A stretch of DNA of 64,000 bases. It comes from Pseudovirgaria hyperparasitica. Its lineage: Eukaryota. The notes under the pieces were generated by a model. It saw only the letters and a program-made list of their open reading frames with translations. It was not told the DNA's origin and searched no databases. Location: NCBI GenBank assembly GCA_010093815.1, contig ML996571.1, one strand, 5' to 3'. Position numbers and translations under genes: made by a program. Numbering within the stretch: position 1 is the stretch's first letter; every line of letters begins with the position of its first letter. Shown here piece by piece: positions 38,682-50,200 of this stretch.

Positions 38682-39985
38682 CTACTCCTCTATCTTATTA
38701 TTACTCTTAGAGCGTAGTAAACGAACTAACCGAGTAATAGAGCGACGGAGGTTAGAGACTTATTCTCTAGAGTAACCACGCGCTCGGTTAGAGCCTAGTA
38801 AGACGATGACTAAGCGCTAGAGCGGAGCGACTAGACCTAAAGTTAGCTAACGCGGTCTAGAATAATCTAGAATAGAATATATACCCTCTTATAAGGTAAC
38901 TTAGAAGGAGAACTAGTAGATCTCTTACGAGACCCGTTAGTAGTATAAGGTAGGCGGGAAGAAATAGCACGAATCTCTTCTACGGCCTTAGTAGCTAAAA
39001 CCGACTCCCTAGAATAGGTAGCCTAAGCGCTAGGAATCTCGCAGCGACTAAAAATTATAAGCTAAGGTTAATAATAATTAACGGTTTCTAAACTTACACT
39101 TTAATAACCTCTAGAAAGAGCTTATAGCGCTCCCTAAACTCCCTACGTATAGAAGCTAGATAACTACTAGAACCGCCGAGAGTCTCACGGACGCAAAGAT
39201 CGTTATATATATCTTATATATAAATAGGAACCTAAAAACGCATTAGTATAGACGACTTTAGATTACCCTAGACTAAAATAGCCTAATAGACTTACCTAAA
39301 GATAAACTTTACCGAGGACGGTATAGCGGCGGTAGCGGGTAGGGAGCTTAAAGATTAGGCGTATAGGCCTATCGCGGTTAGTAGAGTAGTAGCTAATACT
39401 AGAGTTAGAGCGGAAGAGATATTTAGAGCTAGTAGCGTGAGCCTTAATATACTTAAAGTATATTAAACCGTAGTTTACCGTTTTTCTATAGCGTAAACCG
39501 CGACTACGTTTAGTATCTTCAGCGACCTAGGCCTTATTATTACTAGGGCTAGGTTTAGAGCGAATATTAAGGTCCTAAAAGAATCTAGAGCGACTAAGTT
39601 AGTCTATATTAGACCGAAAAGAGGAACGGCGTTTAGAGCGAGGCGGCGAAGGCGTGAACTCTCGATTATCGTCTATAACGAGATCTTCTTTATTCTCTAA
39701 AGGAGATAGAGTAGATAGGCGGCGCGAGTAGGTATAGATAGGCTTTATAGCCACCTCTTCCGTAACACTAGTACTAGGATTACCTAGATTAGAGCGACTA
39801 GTGGCCACGTTAGTAGTAATAGTAGTAGTAGCCTTAGCTACCTTCTTCTCTAACTTAGAGCGCGCCTTTATACTACTATAATAAGTGGATTTTTTAGCCG
39901 GTATGGCCGGGGTAGAGGTAATCTCTTTAGAGCGAGTCTTATAAGAGAAGGAGATAGACTTAGAAATAGGACTAGTATTAGATAT
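38682..39985 (-). pseudogene. Antisense spliced accessory gene of C1 (~380 aa); exons 39985-39296, 39231-39098, 39047-38885, 38836-38682
   Basis: GTAAGT/GTAAGT/GTATAT donors and TAG acceptors, with CTAAT/CTAAC branch points in introns 1 and 3. De-RIP CFKC-x18-C-x17-CRRC-x6-CLQ|VP. C-terminal heptads. Exon 4 has a 1-nt deletion relative to C2. Confidence 0.75.
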
Positions 39986-41418
39986 CTATATATATACGTT
40001 AGCTAGAGATCTAAGAGTAGAATACTCGTTTAGCCTTAAAGGCGATTAAAGAAGCTAAATTAGTAACCATAATAACGCGAATAGATTATATAGGACCAGC
40101 TCTAATAAAAATAGACTACTCTAGACCCGAATAGATCTAAACTAAAGGAGATAGTATACGAATTAACGACTTACCTTAAGAGTAAGATAGATATACTAGA
40201 GAAGAAAATTCAGAATAAGAGAACTAAATATAAGCTTAGTTAATATAGCGGTTATATAACCCGCGGAGCTATCTCTAAGGTAGTAGCTATAAAGTAAGGG
40301 ATAAGCGCGTATATAAATAAAAGTAAACTAGAGCTTAAGTTTACTAATATAAAGACTATTAATAACGTTATATAGATTTAATTAGATGCGCGTATAAATA
40401 TAACGCTTATAGAATTATAGATTTATATATAGCTAAGTACTTCGGGGCGAAGCATAAAAAGAAGAAGAATATTATTAGGGCTAACACTAGGATAGACTTA
40501 ACTAGAATACTATAGTCTAGTACGGTCCGTAATAGGTGGACCTAGGGTAAGCCAGCTAGAATAAGCGAGACCACTATATAAGTAGGCCGTATATACTTAA
40601 TTCCTACTCTTTAGGAATCAACCTTATTAAGAGAGTAGACTACCCTTTTAAATATATTCCCGAATCCTCCTATGACCTGTTAGACTACTATCCTACGTCT
40701 ATAATCCTTATAGTAACTATCGCGGTAATTAGTACTTCTACTCCTACTCCGACTTAATTAGTTTAGATCTATACTAATTAGTACTAATATATCTCTTTTA
40801 TCTAGCGTTTTTAGTTTTTTAGTTTTAATTTTAAAGCGATCTTACTTCTTCTAGATAGATTAGTACGAGTTTATATAGATCTATATAGATCTTTATATTT
40901 TCTTTTAGCTTTCTTAATTTTATCTTTCTTTAATAATAACTTCTTTAATCTCTTTAGTAATCTATACCGATCTATACCAATCAGCACCGATTTTCGATGT
41001 CCATTTCTCTTAGTAAATCATTTTTCTAAGTCTCTTTTTTAGTTAAATTTTTTAAAGTTCTAAGTTCGAACTTTCTAAGGAAGTTCCTTAATTCCTTAGA
41101 ATATTTTAAAGATCTATATCTCTTTTACCTTCTTCCTTTTAGGTAGCCGTCCTCGGTACCAAACTATACTAAAAAACGTTGAATTACCGTACTTTAGTAT
41201 AATTCTCTACGATTCCACGGCTTCCTTTACTAATCGCTACTTATATACTAATATCGCTACTTTACTAATGTTTATTATAGGTTCCCAAGTATCTTTATTA
41301 GAATTATATTCTTTCTAATAAATTTTATATAGCTACGTGCTATCTTCGGCGTGTTACTAGCTAAGTATCTACTTAACTTCGTAGATATCTATACCTTCTT
41401 ACATAACTACTTTATATA

Positions 41419-44400
41419 ATAATAATAATAATATTGTATAACTAGGTAGAGTAGTACTCTACAGGCCTATGCCTCCTCTAGTCTAAGCCACTATATAAGA
41501 AGAAACCCCATAGGGAAAAACTTCCTTATATCTATAACTATATCTCGTTAAACCTCTATTTCGTCTTAAGTATATAGCTATAGAGTACGCCTATTAGCCT
41601 ATAGCCTATATTACCGTTATTTTACCCTTAGGTAGCACGTGTAGGTGCGGAGGTTATTAGTTAAGGGCTGCCCTTAACTAATAATCGGGGTTCTCCCGGG
41701 GTTCTTCCGGTATATATTAGGTTACTACCGGCGTATACCGGGTCTCTTCCGGCATATATTTCTAGGTCCACTAGTACTAGAGGAGTAGTAGATGTATAAG
41801 CATCCATTAGGAGACGTCCTTAGGATACTTATTAAGCTATCGTACGATATCTAAAGTCTTTATAACATAGATAAGCTATTACCGTTATATATGGAGGTTA
41901 GGGTATATAGCTAGATAGTAGTGTATTATACCTCTCCGGCCGTACGCCTTATACCATAGGGAGGTATTAGGAACGCCTCTCTTATAGATATAGTATAGAA
42001 GTCCCATGGCGCCCGTTCGGGCTTAGATAAGTATAGATGCTTAGGCTTTCGTTAGCCCTTTATATATCTATTTACTCGGTTCCTTCTATGGCCCTCGAAT
42101 CTACTCTAGGTACCTATCCTACTAGGAGGTCTAGTGGGTACGGAGTGCCTCTTTCTACTTATCTTAAGTCCACGACCGTATATTTTTCACGAGTTCTAGA
42201 AGGCTCTACCGGTCTAGGAGAGCGTCCGGGTTATCTCGGACTTCTTATACTACTTAGCTAGAGTCGGCTTCTATTAAGCACCTATACCATATTCGATTCC
42301 GGCCTATATATAGGAGTGCGCGGTAATATATACTAATTCGTGCTCGTAGCGCGGCGAAAGTATGTTCTGCGTTTCCTATACGTTCCTATGCTTATTATTT
42401 AGTGAAGTATACCACCCTCTATATCTAGTAGAAGTTATGTATACTTATAACGTCTGTCTCGCGTCGTAGTAGCACCATGTTAGTAGCTTTATATACGCCT
42501 AATATAAGACGGAGTATACGGTTCTATATAGATTCGAGCTTCATTCGCCTAGTCTATATAAGGGCCGTATACTAGTACTCGTGTCCGTACATGAAGGCGG
42601 GTCGTGCTATAGATATATATAGCTGGCGTGCCTTATCCCGGGCGGTTCCCTATATAGAGGCTATAATCCGTCGTATAGCGGCTTCTACCCGGAGGGCCCT
42701 AGAGACGGCGTATACCACTTATAGTCCCTATTTAAGCTTACTATCTAGTATGACTCCGAGCGCGCGCATGCTTTATACTAGTAGTTTATTAAATGCGTCG
42801 ATTCGGGGGCGTCGTTCGCCTTCCCTAGTTACCTATTTCCCTTAACGATTAATAAAGTGCATGAGTTAGTATTTCTCCGGGGCGAACTTTACTCCGTGGC
42901 GTTTTACCTACTAGAGATACCTCTCGTGGTTCTATTCTAGTCGTCTACACGTTCTATTAGTATTATTATCGATGGCTAGGAGGTATATATTATCGGCGTA
43001 TCCGACTACCTCTATATACTTTATTCCTTAAAGAAGGTCTACTATAAAGAAGAGGAATAGGATCGGAGAGATGGTGCTCCCTTATAGGATGCCGCATGCC
43101 GTCTCTTTATATTCGCTCTGGTACCTAGGGATATATATCTAAGTTATTCTTCCTGTAAGGAATGACTATATAAAGCGTGTAATCCATTCTAGTATTCGTC
43201 TTATCCGGAGGTTATAAATAAGTCTTATATGGTTTACCTTGTTAAACGCTCCGGCCATATCGAGGGAGAGGAGCGATACTACCCGTCCCTATTTCTATAC
43301 GGCCTAGACGACTTCGATAATATATTAGATAGCTATTATTAGGGAGCTATCTACCTTTACCTTCTAGTTCGGAGGGAGGAGATTATATTCCTATACCGCG
43401 GTACTTATCTTCTTCGCTATCGTAGCCTCTAGTATCTTATCTAGGTAGGAGAGAAGGGCGATTAGTCTCCATCCCTTTAGGGAGTTAGGGCTCTTTCCTA
43501 GCTTCGGGAGCATGATAGTATAGGCGACTTAGAAGCTCTAGGGGTGGTACCCCTACGTGACGCATACTTAGAATATATAAGTAATAAGTGGTAGGGTCGC
43601 TTTTATAGTGCTTTTTAGGCATCGATTTAGAATTCCATCTAGTCCGGGTGCTTTATCATTTAGGAGTGTCTTAATAATATTAAGTATGTCCTCCTCCGTA
43701 ACTTCTTTAGGGATATCTACCGCGTATAGATATTCGGCGCCGTGAACGTCTAATAGGTCTACTAGTTCCGGGAGAGGGAACATGGCCTCCCATAGGGCCT
43801 TAGTTTTCTTAAGGCCCGTGGAGTATGTTCTCCCCTAATATATTAGGGGAGGTATAAGTGGCGGGGGTGTCGGAGTGTCTACGCCCTTGGCCCATTTCGC
43901 CATGCGCTATAGCCCTATTACGTGTCGTGTCTATTAACTAGTAATTATACGCTACTATTTACGCCTTTCGTTACGGAGGACTTTATCGCGTTATCGTATC
44001 GCTTCCTTCTATTCTTCCCACGACTCGGGTATTCTCGTACGGTATACGCGTCTATATAGCCTTCGGGCGTCTTATCTACTTTCCTATACTTAAGGAATCC
44101 CCTTTACTTCCGGGGGCCGGTATATTTAGTATAGTACATGTTTATTTCTCGCATTCTAGTATATTTATAGGAGTATCTATACGGCCTAGTCTATGGCTAG
44201 GTCGTTAGATACATCGACTATAGAGGGATCTAGAATCGCCGATTCCAGGTCCTTCAGGTACTTTTCCTAGTCGGTATCCTTCTATATCCATCGTCCCCGT
44301 TATTTATTCGGGGTATACACGTTTATTATAGTTTCTATATATTCGTGGTCGGAATCCGTCTATACCTAGCCTAGGCGGTAGTATTAGATCCGGTGACTAA

Positions 44401-46700
44401 TATGCTCCGTGGTAAAGGTAAGGTCAAGCGTAGACCCGTCTTTATCCTATTTATGTTTTTTCTATATAACTTATTCTATAGGTGTAAGTAGGTATAGGAA
44501 GTCGTGGTAGTAGGTGCGTAGTTCCCTTACTCTAAGTTCTTCCCTAACCACGGCTAGGCCTCCCTACCATCGGTAGTAGAGGTTAAAGTCTCCTAGGAGG
44601 ATGTGTTACTCTAGTTCCGTGGTACCCTCGAGCATCTCGTCTAGTGTAAGTACACGTTATTAGTTATATATGTTATATATATATAGGGGGCCTATATCTA
44701 TTTATAGGTATAGTGTTATCCTAAGGTTATCGCGCTCGGTATATAACCATAATAAGAGTAGTATTAACCTATAAATATGGAAGAGGACTCGTCTTTCTAG
44801 TCCTAGAGGGTATATAGTATAGTATCCGGGGTGTGTGGTTGGTTTGCTCGTCTAGTAGTATTTATAGGGTTCCTAGATGGCGAGTATTATGGCCCCGGTC
44901 TCTTCGAGGAGCGTCGCCTGGTTCTCTCTTTTATATTATATGTTTACCTATATAATTCGGAGTATATTCTAGTCCCTCATTAGGTACTAGGGAGTATATA
45001 TACCTATATACTTATTCCTTAGAGGCGCGACTGTCCTCGCGCGGCAGCGGCTTTAACTATGCCTTTTAGTCATCCCATCGTCTTCGGAATAGTCTACTAT
45101 CCCGCCTAACTACCTTCCGGAGGGGAGGTTAGGGGTGTTATAAAGGAAGGGCTCGTGGTAGGTGTTATATTCTATAACTATCTCGCGTCTCTCGCTTTTA
45201 TCGTGCGAATGTATTCTATAACCTATTTGCGTTTTATGCACGTTGACGACCACGACGGGTGTTTCCCATCGCAGTTTAAACACTATACTATATCCCTATT
45301 TCTTAGTCCGTCTCCTCGCGGTTCATAAGGGCACTCCTAGATAGCGTGGTCCCCACGGTACTATCCGCACTTAGTCTTCTATAAGTACCTTTGTATAGTA
45401 TGTCCATACCCTTAACAGTTAAAGCACTATATTATTACCTATGCCCTATCCTATGGCTCGGCCATAAGGAGCTCTTCTTCTATTAGGAATCCCTCCTATA
45501 TAATGCGTTATACGAGGGCGGGGTCTCGGAGCTCTATAATTATAGTAGAGTGTTTTTTCGCCGTCGTCTTAATCGCCTATAGGTTCTTCTACCACGCTTT
45601 CACGATCTTAATCCCTAGGTATTTTCGCGTATTAGATTGTTCTATACGCGTAATATCCTCCGCTCCGATAGCCTATCCCCGCATAGGTACTACGTATACT
45701 ATAATCGGGTATATAGCTACCCTAATAGACGCGCTGGGGAAGATACTACCTATCGCGTTCGGATCTCGTGAGATGTTTTACTATATAGTATTCGTTATAG
45801 TAGTAAGTACTACCCTACCTAGCGTAACTTTAGTAGCCACGACGCTTAACTACATTCCTTTCTATTCGTTAATCTTATTTATAATTTCCTTTAGGGATGC
45901 CCGTTAGACCTATGCCAGCGTGTCCTTATCCTAGATTATGATACGTATACTATATACTCTATCTATGGTCCTAGTAGTCCTTAGTACGGTGGCTCCGGGT
46001 GTTACTATAATCTAAGCCCACGTGTTAGGGCGCTTACCTTAGAATAGCTCTTCCTAGATTCTCCGTAGGCTAGCTTCCATTCGGTCGAGCCTACTACTAG
46101 GTTCCTCTTATGGCGACTTCCTTTCTTCCTCCGTAATTCCTCTTAGGTTCCGGATAAGGTCCCGGAATATATAAAGAAGGGTCTTCTTTCCCTCCTCGGC
46201 GTCCCTCTCTATACATATTACCTAGTATTTAATTTTATCTAGGAGGGTCTCCCCTCTCGGGGTCCCCTCGGTCTAGGTTATCTATAGCGCTTCGCACCCT
46301 TAGTTAGTTCCTATATTTTAGATAGGTGTCTAGCTATCCACATTAATATCGCTATATAGCCGTTTCTACTATACTAGTAGGGGCATATCCGGCGTATGCC
46401 GGGGTATTATAATGCCTAAGGCCGCCATGGTTATTAGTTAAGGGTAGCCCTTAACTAATAAAAGGGGGTCGGCGTGTCGGCGTTTATTAGATATGGTCTA
46501 TACTCGTGTTATTAAAGAGTCTTCGAGCGTATATATATAGTATCTCTATACGTCCGTATCGTCGTGTATTATATACTATACGTACGCACGTGTGTCGGAG
46601 GTTGTTATACTCGGTATACTCTATCGTTTAATGTATATAAATCGCTGTTTTACCCCGAATTGACCAGTTTAGTCCGTTGGGGTGTAAGAAGTTTTTTTTA
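41419..46700 (-). mobile_element. Tad/CgT1-like LINE (RIP-inactivated): ORF1 ~46428-44980, ORF2 (EN-RT) ~44980-41790
   Basis: TSD AACTACTTTATATA (41405-41418 / 46701-46714; the boundary blends with the tail). (ATT)n 3' tail. De-RIP ORF1 QCFNCQGYGH (~45400-45430). RT KAPGLDGI.NRCLK in ORF 43568-43783. Confidence 0.9.
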
Positions 46701-47221
46701 AACTACTTTATATAGTATCTATTTAGAATAATCCGGTAATAATAAGGTATGAAATAGCTCGAGAAGCGTAATATAGAATATATTATATATCTTTAACATA
46801 GGAGGGAGTTATAACTCGTACGCCTAGTTATTAATTACACGAGTAATCTTATATAGACCTATTATCATATAGTTAAGCTTCTTCTTTAGCCTAATACTAC
46901 AAATATTCTTACTATTTAGTAAAACTTTATCCCTAACATTAAAGATTATAGGTTTTCTACCCTTATTATAGTGCGATTTACTATAATTCGTAGTATCTTA
47001 TAGTAACTTTATAACGCTTCTTTACGTTTAGAATAGTTCTATAGTAATTTCTATTACTTTAATGTTAGGTCGTTCTACTTTAAACTAAGTCCCTAAGAAC
47101 TATATATTATAGTTCCGACCGAAGTTTACTCCGAATAGACTTACGTAGGTTAACGTATATCGGCTGTTATTATACGCGAATTCCGTAACATAGACTAACC
47201 TTACCTAGTTATCCTACTTAT

Positions 47222-50200
47222 TGTCAGGGCTGACACTAGGATAGACTCAACTAGAATACTATGGTCTAGTACGGTCCGTGACAGGTAGACCTAGGGTAAG
47301 TTAGCTAGAATAAGCGAGACTACTATATAAGTAGGCCGTATATACTTGATTTCTACTCTTTAGAAATTAACCTCGTTAGGAGAGTAGACTACCCTTTTAA
47401 ATATATTCCCGAATCCTCCTATAACCTATTAGACTACTATCCTACGTCTATAATTCTTATATTTTAATTCCTCTTTATATAGCACGACGGTAGTTTATAG
47501 AAATGGCTCTAACTACTCGTTATAATACTCGTGGTACCGCCTCTTATAGTAGACCTTCTCCTAACCTAAACGAGGAGAATAGTCTACCTATAACTACCCC
47601 TACTAATAACTATACCTTATAGGCTATCGCACTAATAACTCGTACGATATTCCGTGTAACTATAGAAGATATTATAGAACACGAGGATAGAGTCTATTAT
47701 ACTCTATCTTGGTCTAGTTCGAACTATATTAGACCTAACCTTAATATAAGGCTAGACCTTATTAATGTTAACGAGTTAATCCGTTAGAATCGCCTAACGT
47801 TAACCACACCTTATAATAATATATATACTAGACTACACGAAGAGAGGTAATGATAGGTTTAACTTAAGTAATAACTACACGAACTCGACAAAGCTTAAGA
47901 ACGCACTACGAGACTTAAAGCTATATTACACGCTTTAGTTCTAGTAACGACTAATCTATATTTATATAGACCTATACTAACTAAAACGATCTATCCTAGT
48001 CTACTACTATCCTAATTACCCCGATCTAAGAAACTATCTTACTTCGATGGTAAAAGTAGAAAGAGTTTCCACGTATAGGCTTACTAATATAGCTAATTCT
48101 TCTATCTATTCACGAACGATAGCGATAAAATTAGATTCGCCTAGAACTACCTCGACCCGACGCCTTTAGAACGTTAGATGGTATACTAAATCGAACATCC
48201 TAAGGATGCCTATAACTAGGACACGTTCACCGAATTTCTCCTCTAATATTTTAGCGATAGGGCTAAACGACGCGACTAGGCCTAGGGCTATATCTTCGAG
48301 ACTTGATAACGAGATAATTAGTTACCGTTATAACTTCTTAAATACCTTTAGCCCCTCTAGAGAGAAGCCGAAGAAGATTATATAATTCGATAGTACGACG
48401 ACTTTAAACGGTCCCTTACCCTAAATATAAAGGACTATCTCGACCTTATAACGATAATCTCTATAGATCTCTAAGCTCTTATAAACCTCGTAGAGCGATA
48501 CTAGCGTATAATAAATAATTAACGCCGCGCTAGTATACGACTATCCCTAATAATCTAATCTAATGTAAAATCGTCTAACTAAAACCGATTTAGTAATAGA
48601 TCTCGCGGGACGTTATAAGGCTACTACCACGTCTCGAATTCAAAACCACACGGATCGTATCGTGGATCTCCCTACTAATCGATATATTAAGATATAAGGA
48701 CCGACTCGCATAAATAACCTAAAGTCACTTACTATACCTATAGTAGAATAGACTATATAGCACCTAAGTACCGTTCGGGGAAGCTACTAAGTGCTAATAT
48801 AACTAACTAACTAGTCATATACTATAAGTACTAGTAGCTAGGATACATCGCGCCTAACTACCTAGCATAGAATATAAAAAACTAATAGTCTATAAGAAAC
48901 CCTCGCGACTTATAGGCGCGACTATAATAGAGGGGTAATCCGTTAAATAGTATATCGAACTATAGGCTAGACCTATCGAGGTCTCTCGTGGATAACATTA
49001 GACCGTAATACTTAATAGCGGTTTAGCTACTAACGTTATATTAACTTAATAAGTATAAGAACTTAACGTCGACATTCAAGTACTAATAGATGCCACCTTC
49101 TATAGTATCGATAGTCCTATTAAATCATAGGGTACCTATACTATTAAATATAGCATCTAGGACAGCGGGGGGAAGTGGAAACCCTACTACTTAACCTTTA
49201 TCGTGGTAGATAGTCCCTTTAATATGATCCTCGGTATACTATAGCTCGAAAAATATAACCCGAAACTAGACTTCATCTAGAAAACAGCTGGCTAGCGTAT
49301 ATACCTACTATAATAGAACCTAGTATAGCTAGTTAACGACGAATAATTCTAGAAGGACTACGAAAAGGTAATCTCCGCTATCTACGTTCTCTTACTTACT
49401 TAAAATAGAGAGCTTAGTATTAAAGTAGATGAAAACCTACTATATTAGTATAAAATATACTAATATATCGCGTTAGTGATTAACTCGTCCGAATTACCTT
49501 AATACTAACCTACTAACCTTACTATTAACCTCGAAGACGGTTAATAACCCCTATACGGACCTATCTACCCTCTATTAGAACCCGAGCTATAGGTCCTCCG
49601 AGAATACATCGAAAAGAACCTTATATAAGGATAGATTAGGCCTAGTATATCCCTAGCCGGAGCTCTAATCCTCTTTATAAAGAAGAAGGATAGGAGTCTC
49701 TATCTATATATCGACTACCGTAGCCTAAATAATATCACGCGAAAGAATCGTTACCTACTATCTCTTATCTCCGAGTCTATTAATAGACTAGGGCGCGCGA
49801 AGATCTTTACTAAGCTCGATCTATGTAACGCCTACTACCGCCTACGTATTAAGAAGGGCGATAAGTAGAAAACGGCGTTTAGGACCCGTTATAGATACTT
49901 CGAGTATATAGTAGTCCCTTATAGACTAACTAACGCGCTAGGAACCTTCTAAGCGTACATTAATAACGCGCTAGTAGGCCTACTTGACACGACGTGCATC
50001 GTATACCTTAATAACATCCTTATCTTCTCTAATAATAAAGAAGAATACATCTAGCACGTACGCGCAGTCCTAGATAGGCTAGAAAAATATAAGCTATATA
50101 TTAAGCTATCTAAATACGAGTTCCACTAGGACCACGTTAACTTCCTTAGCTTTATTATTACTAATTAAGGTATAACCATAGAAAGGGATAGGGTCGCTAC

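Larger units (their letters stand above)
32558..40712 (+). mobile_element. Ty3/gypsy chromovirus family C, copy C1 (RIP-inactivated); LTRs 32558-32797 and 40473-40712
   Basis: 240-bp LTRs, TSD GTAAC. Two gag CCHC knuckles (~34065-34200), AAAAAAC slippery site 34212-34218, RT (IVYLDDIL ~35480-35500), RNase H, integrase, chromodomain (~37885-37995), PPT before the 3' LTR. Confidence 0.95.
31616..40757 (+). pseudogene. Antisense spliced accessory gene of family B (Zn2Cys6-like + coiled coil); exons ~31616-31858, 31911-32095, 32158-32317, 32373-32557 + 40718-40757
   Basis: De-RIP reading PCLVC-x31-C-x10-CGTC-x6-CLQ. Three short introns keep the frame; the second donor is inferred RIP-mutated (AT for GT). 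The last exon is heptad-like and split by C1. The true start may be further 5'. Confidence 0.65.

Noticed and set aside
38040..40470. env-like third ORF in family C
   Set aside because: The extra gene is antisense, spliced and Cys-cluster/coiled-coil, without signal peptide or TM segment.
42037..45907. Plus-strand ORFs 42037-42261, 42591-42845, 45503-45907 (and minus 35748-35963, 50267-50530)
   Set aside because: Shadow frames opposite RIPed LINE/gypsy coding sequence.
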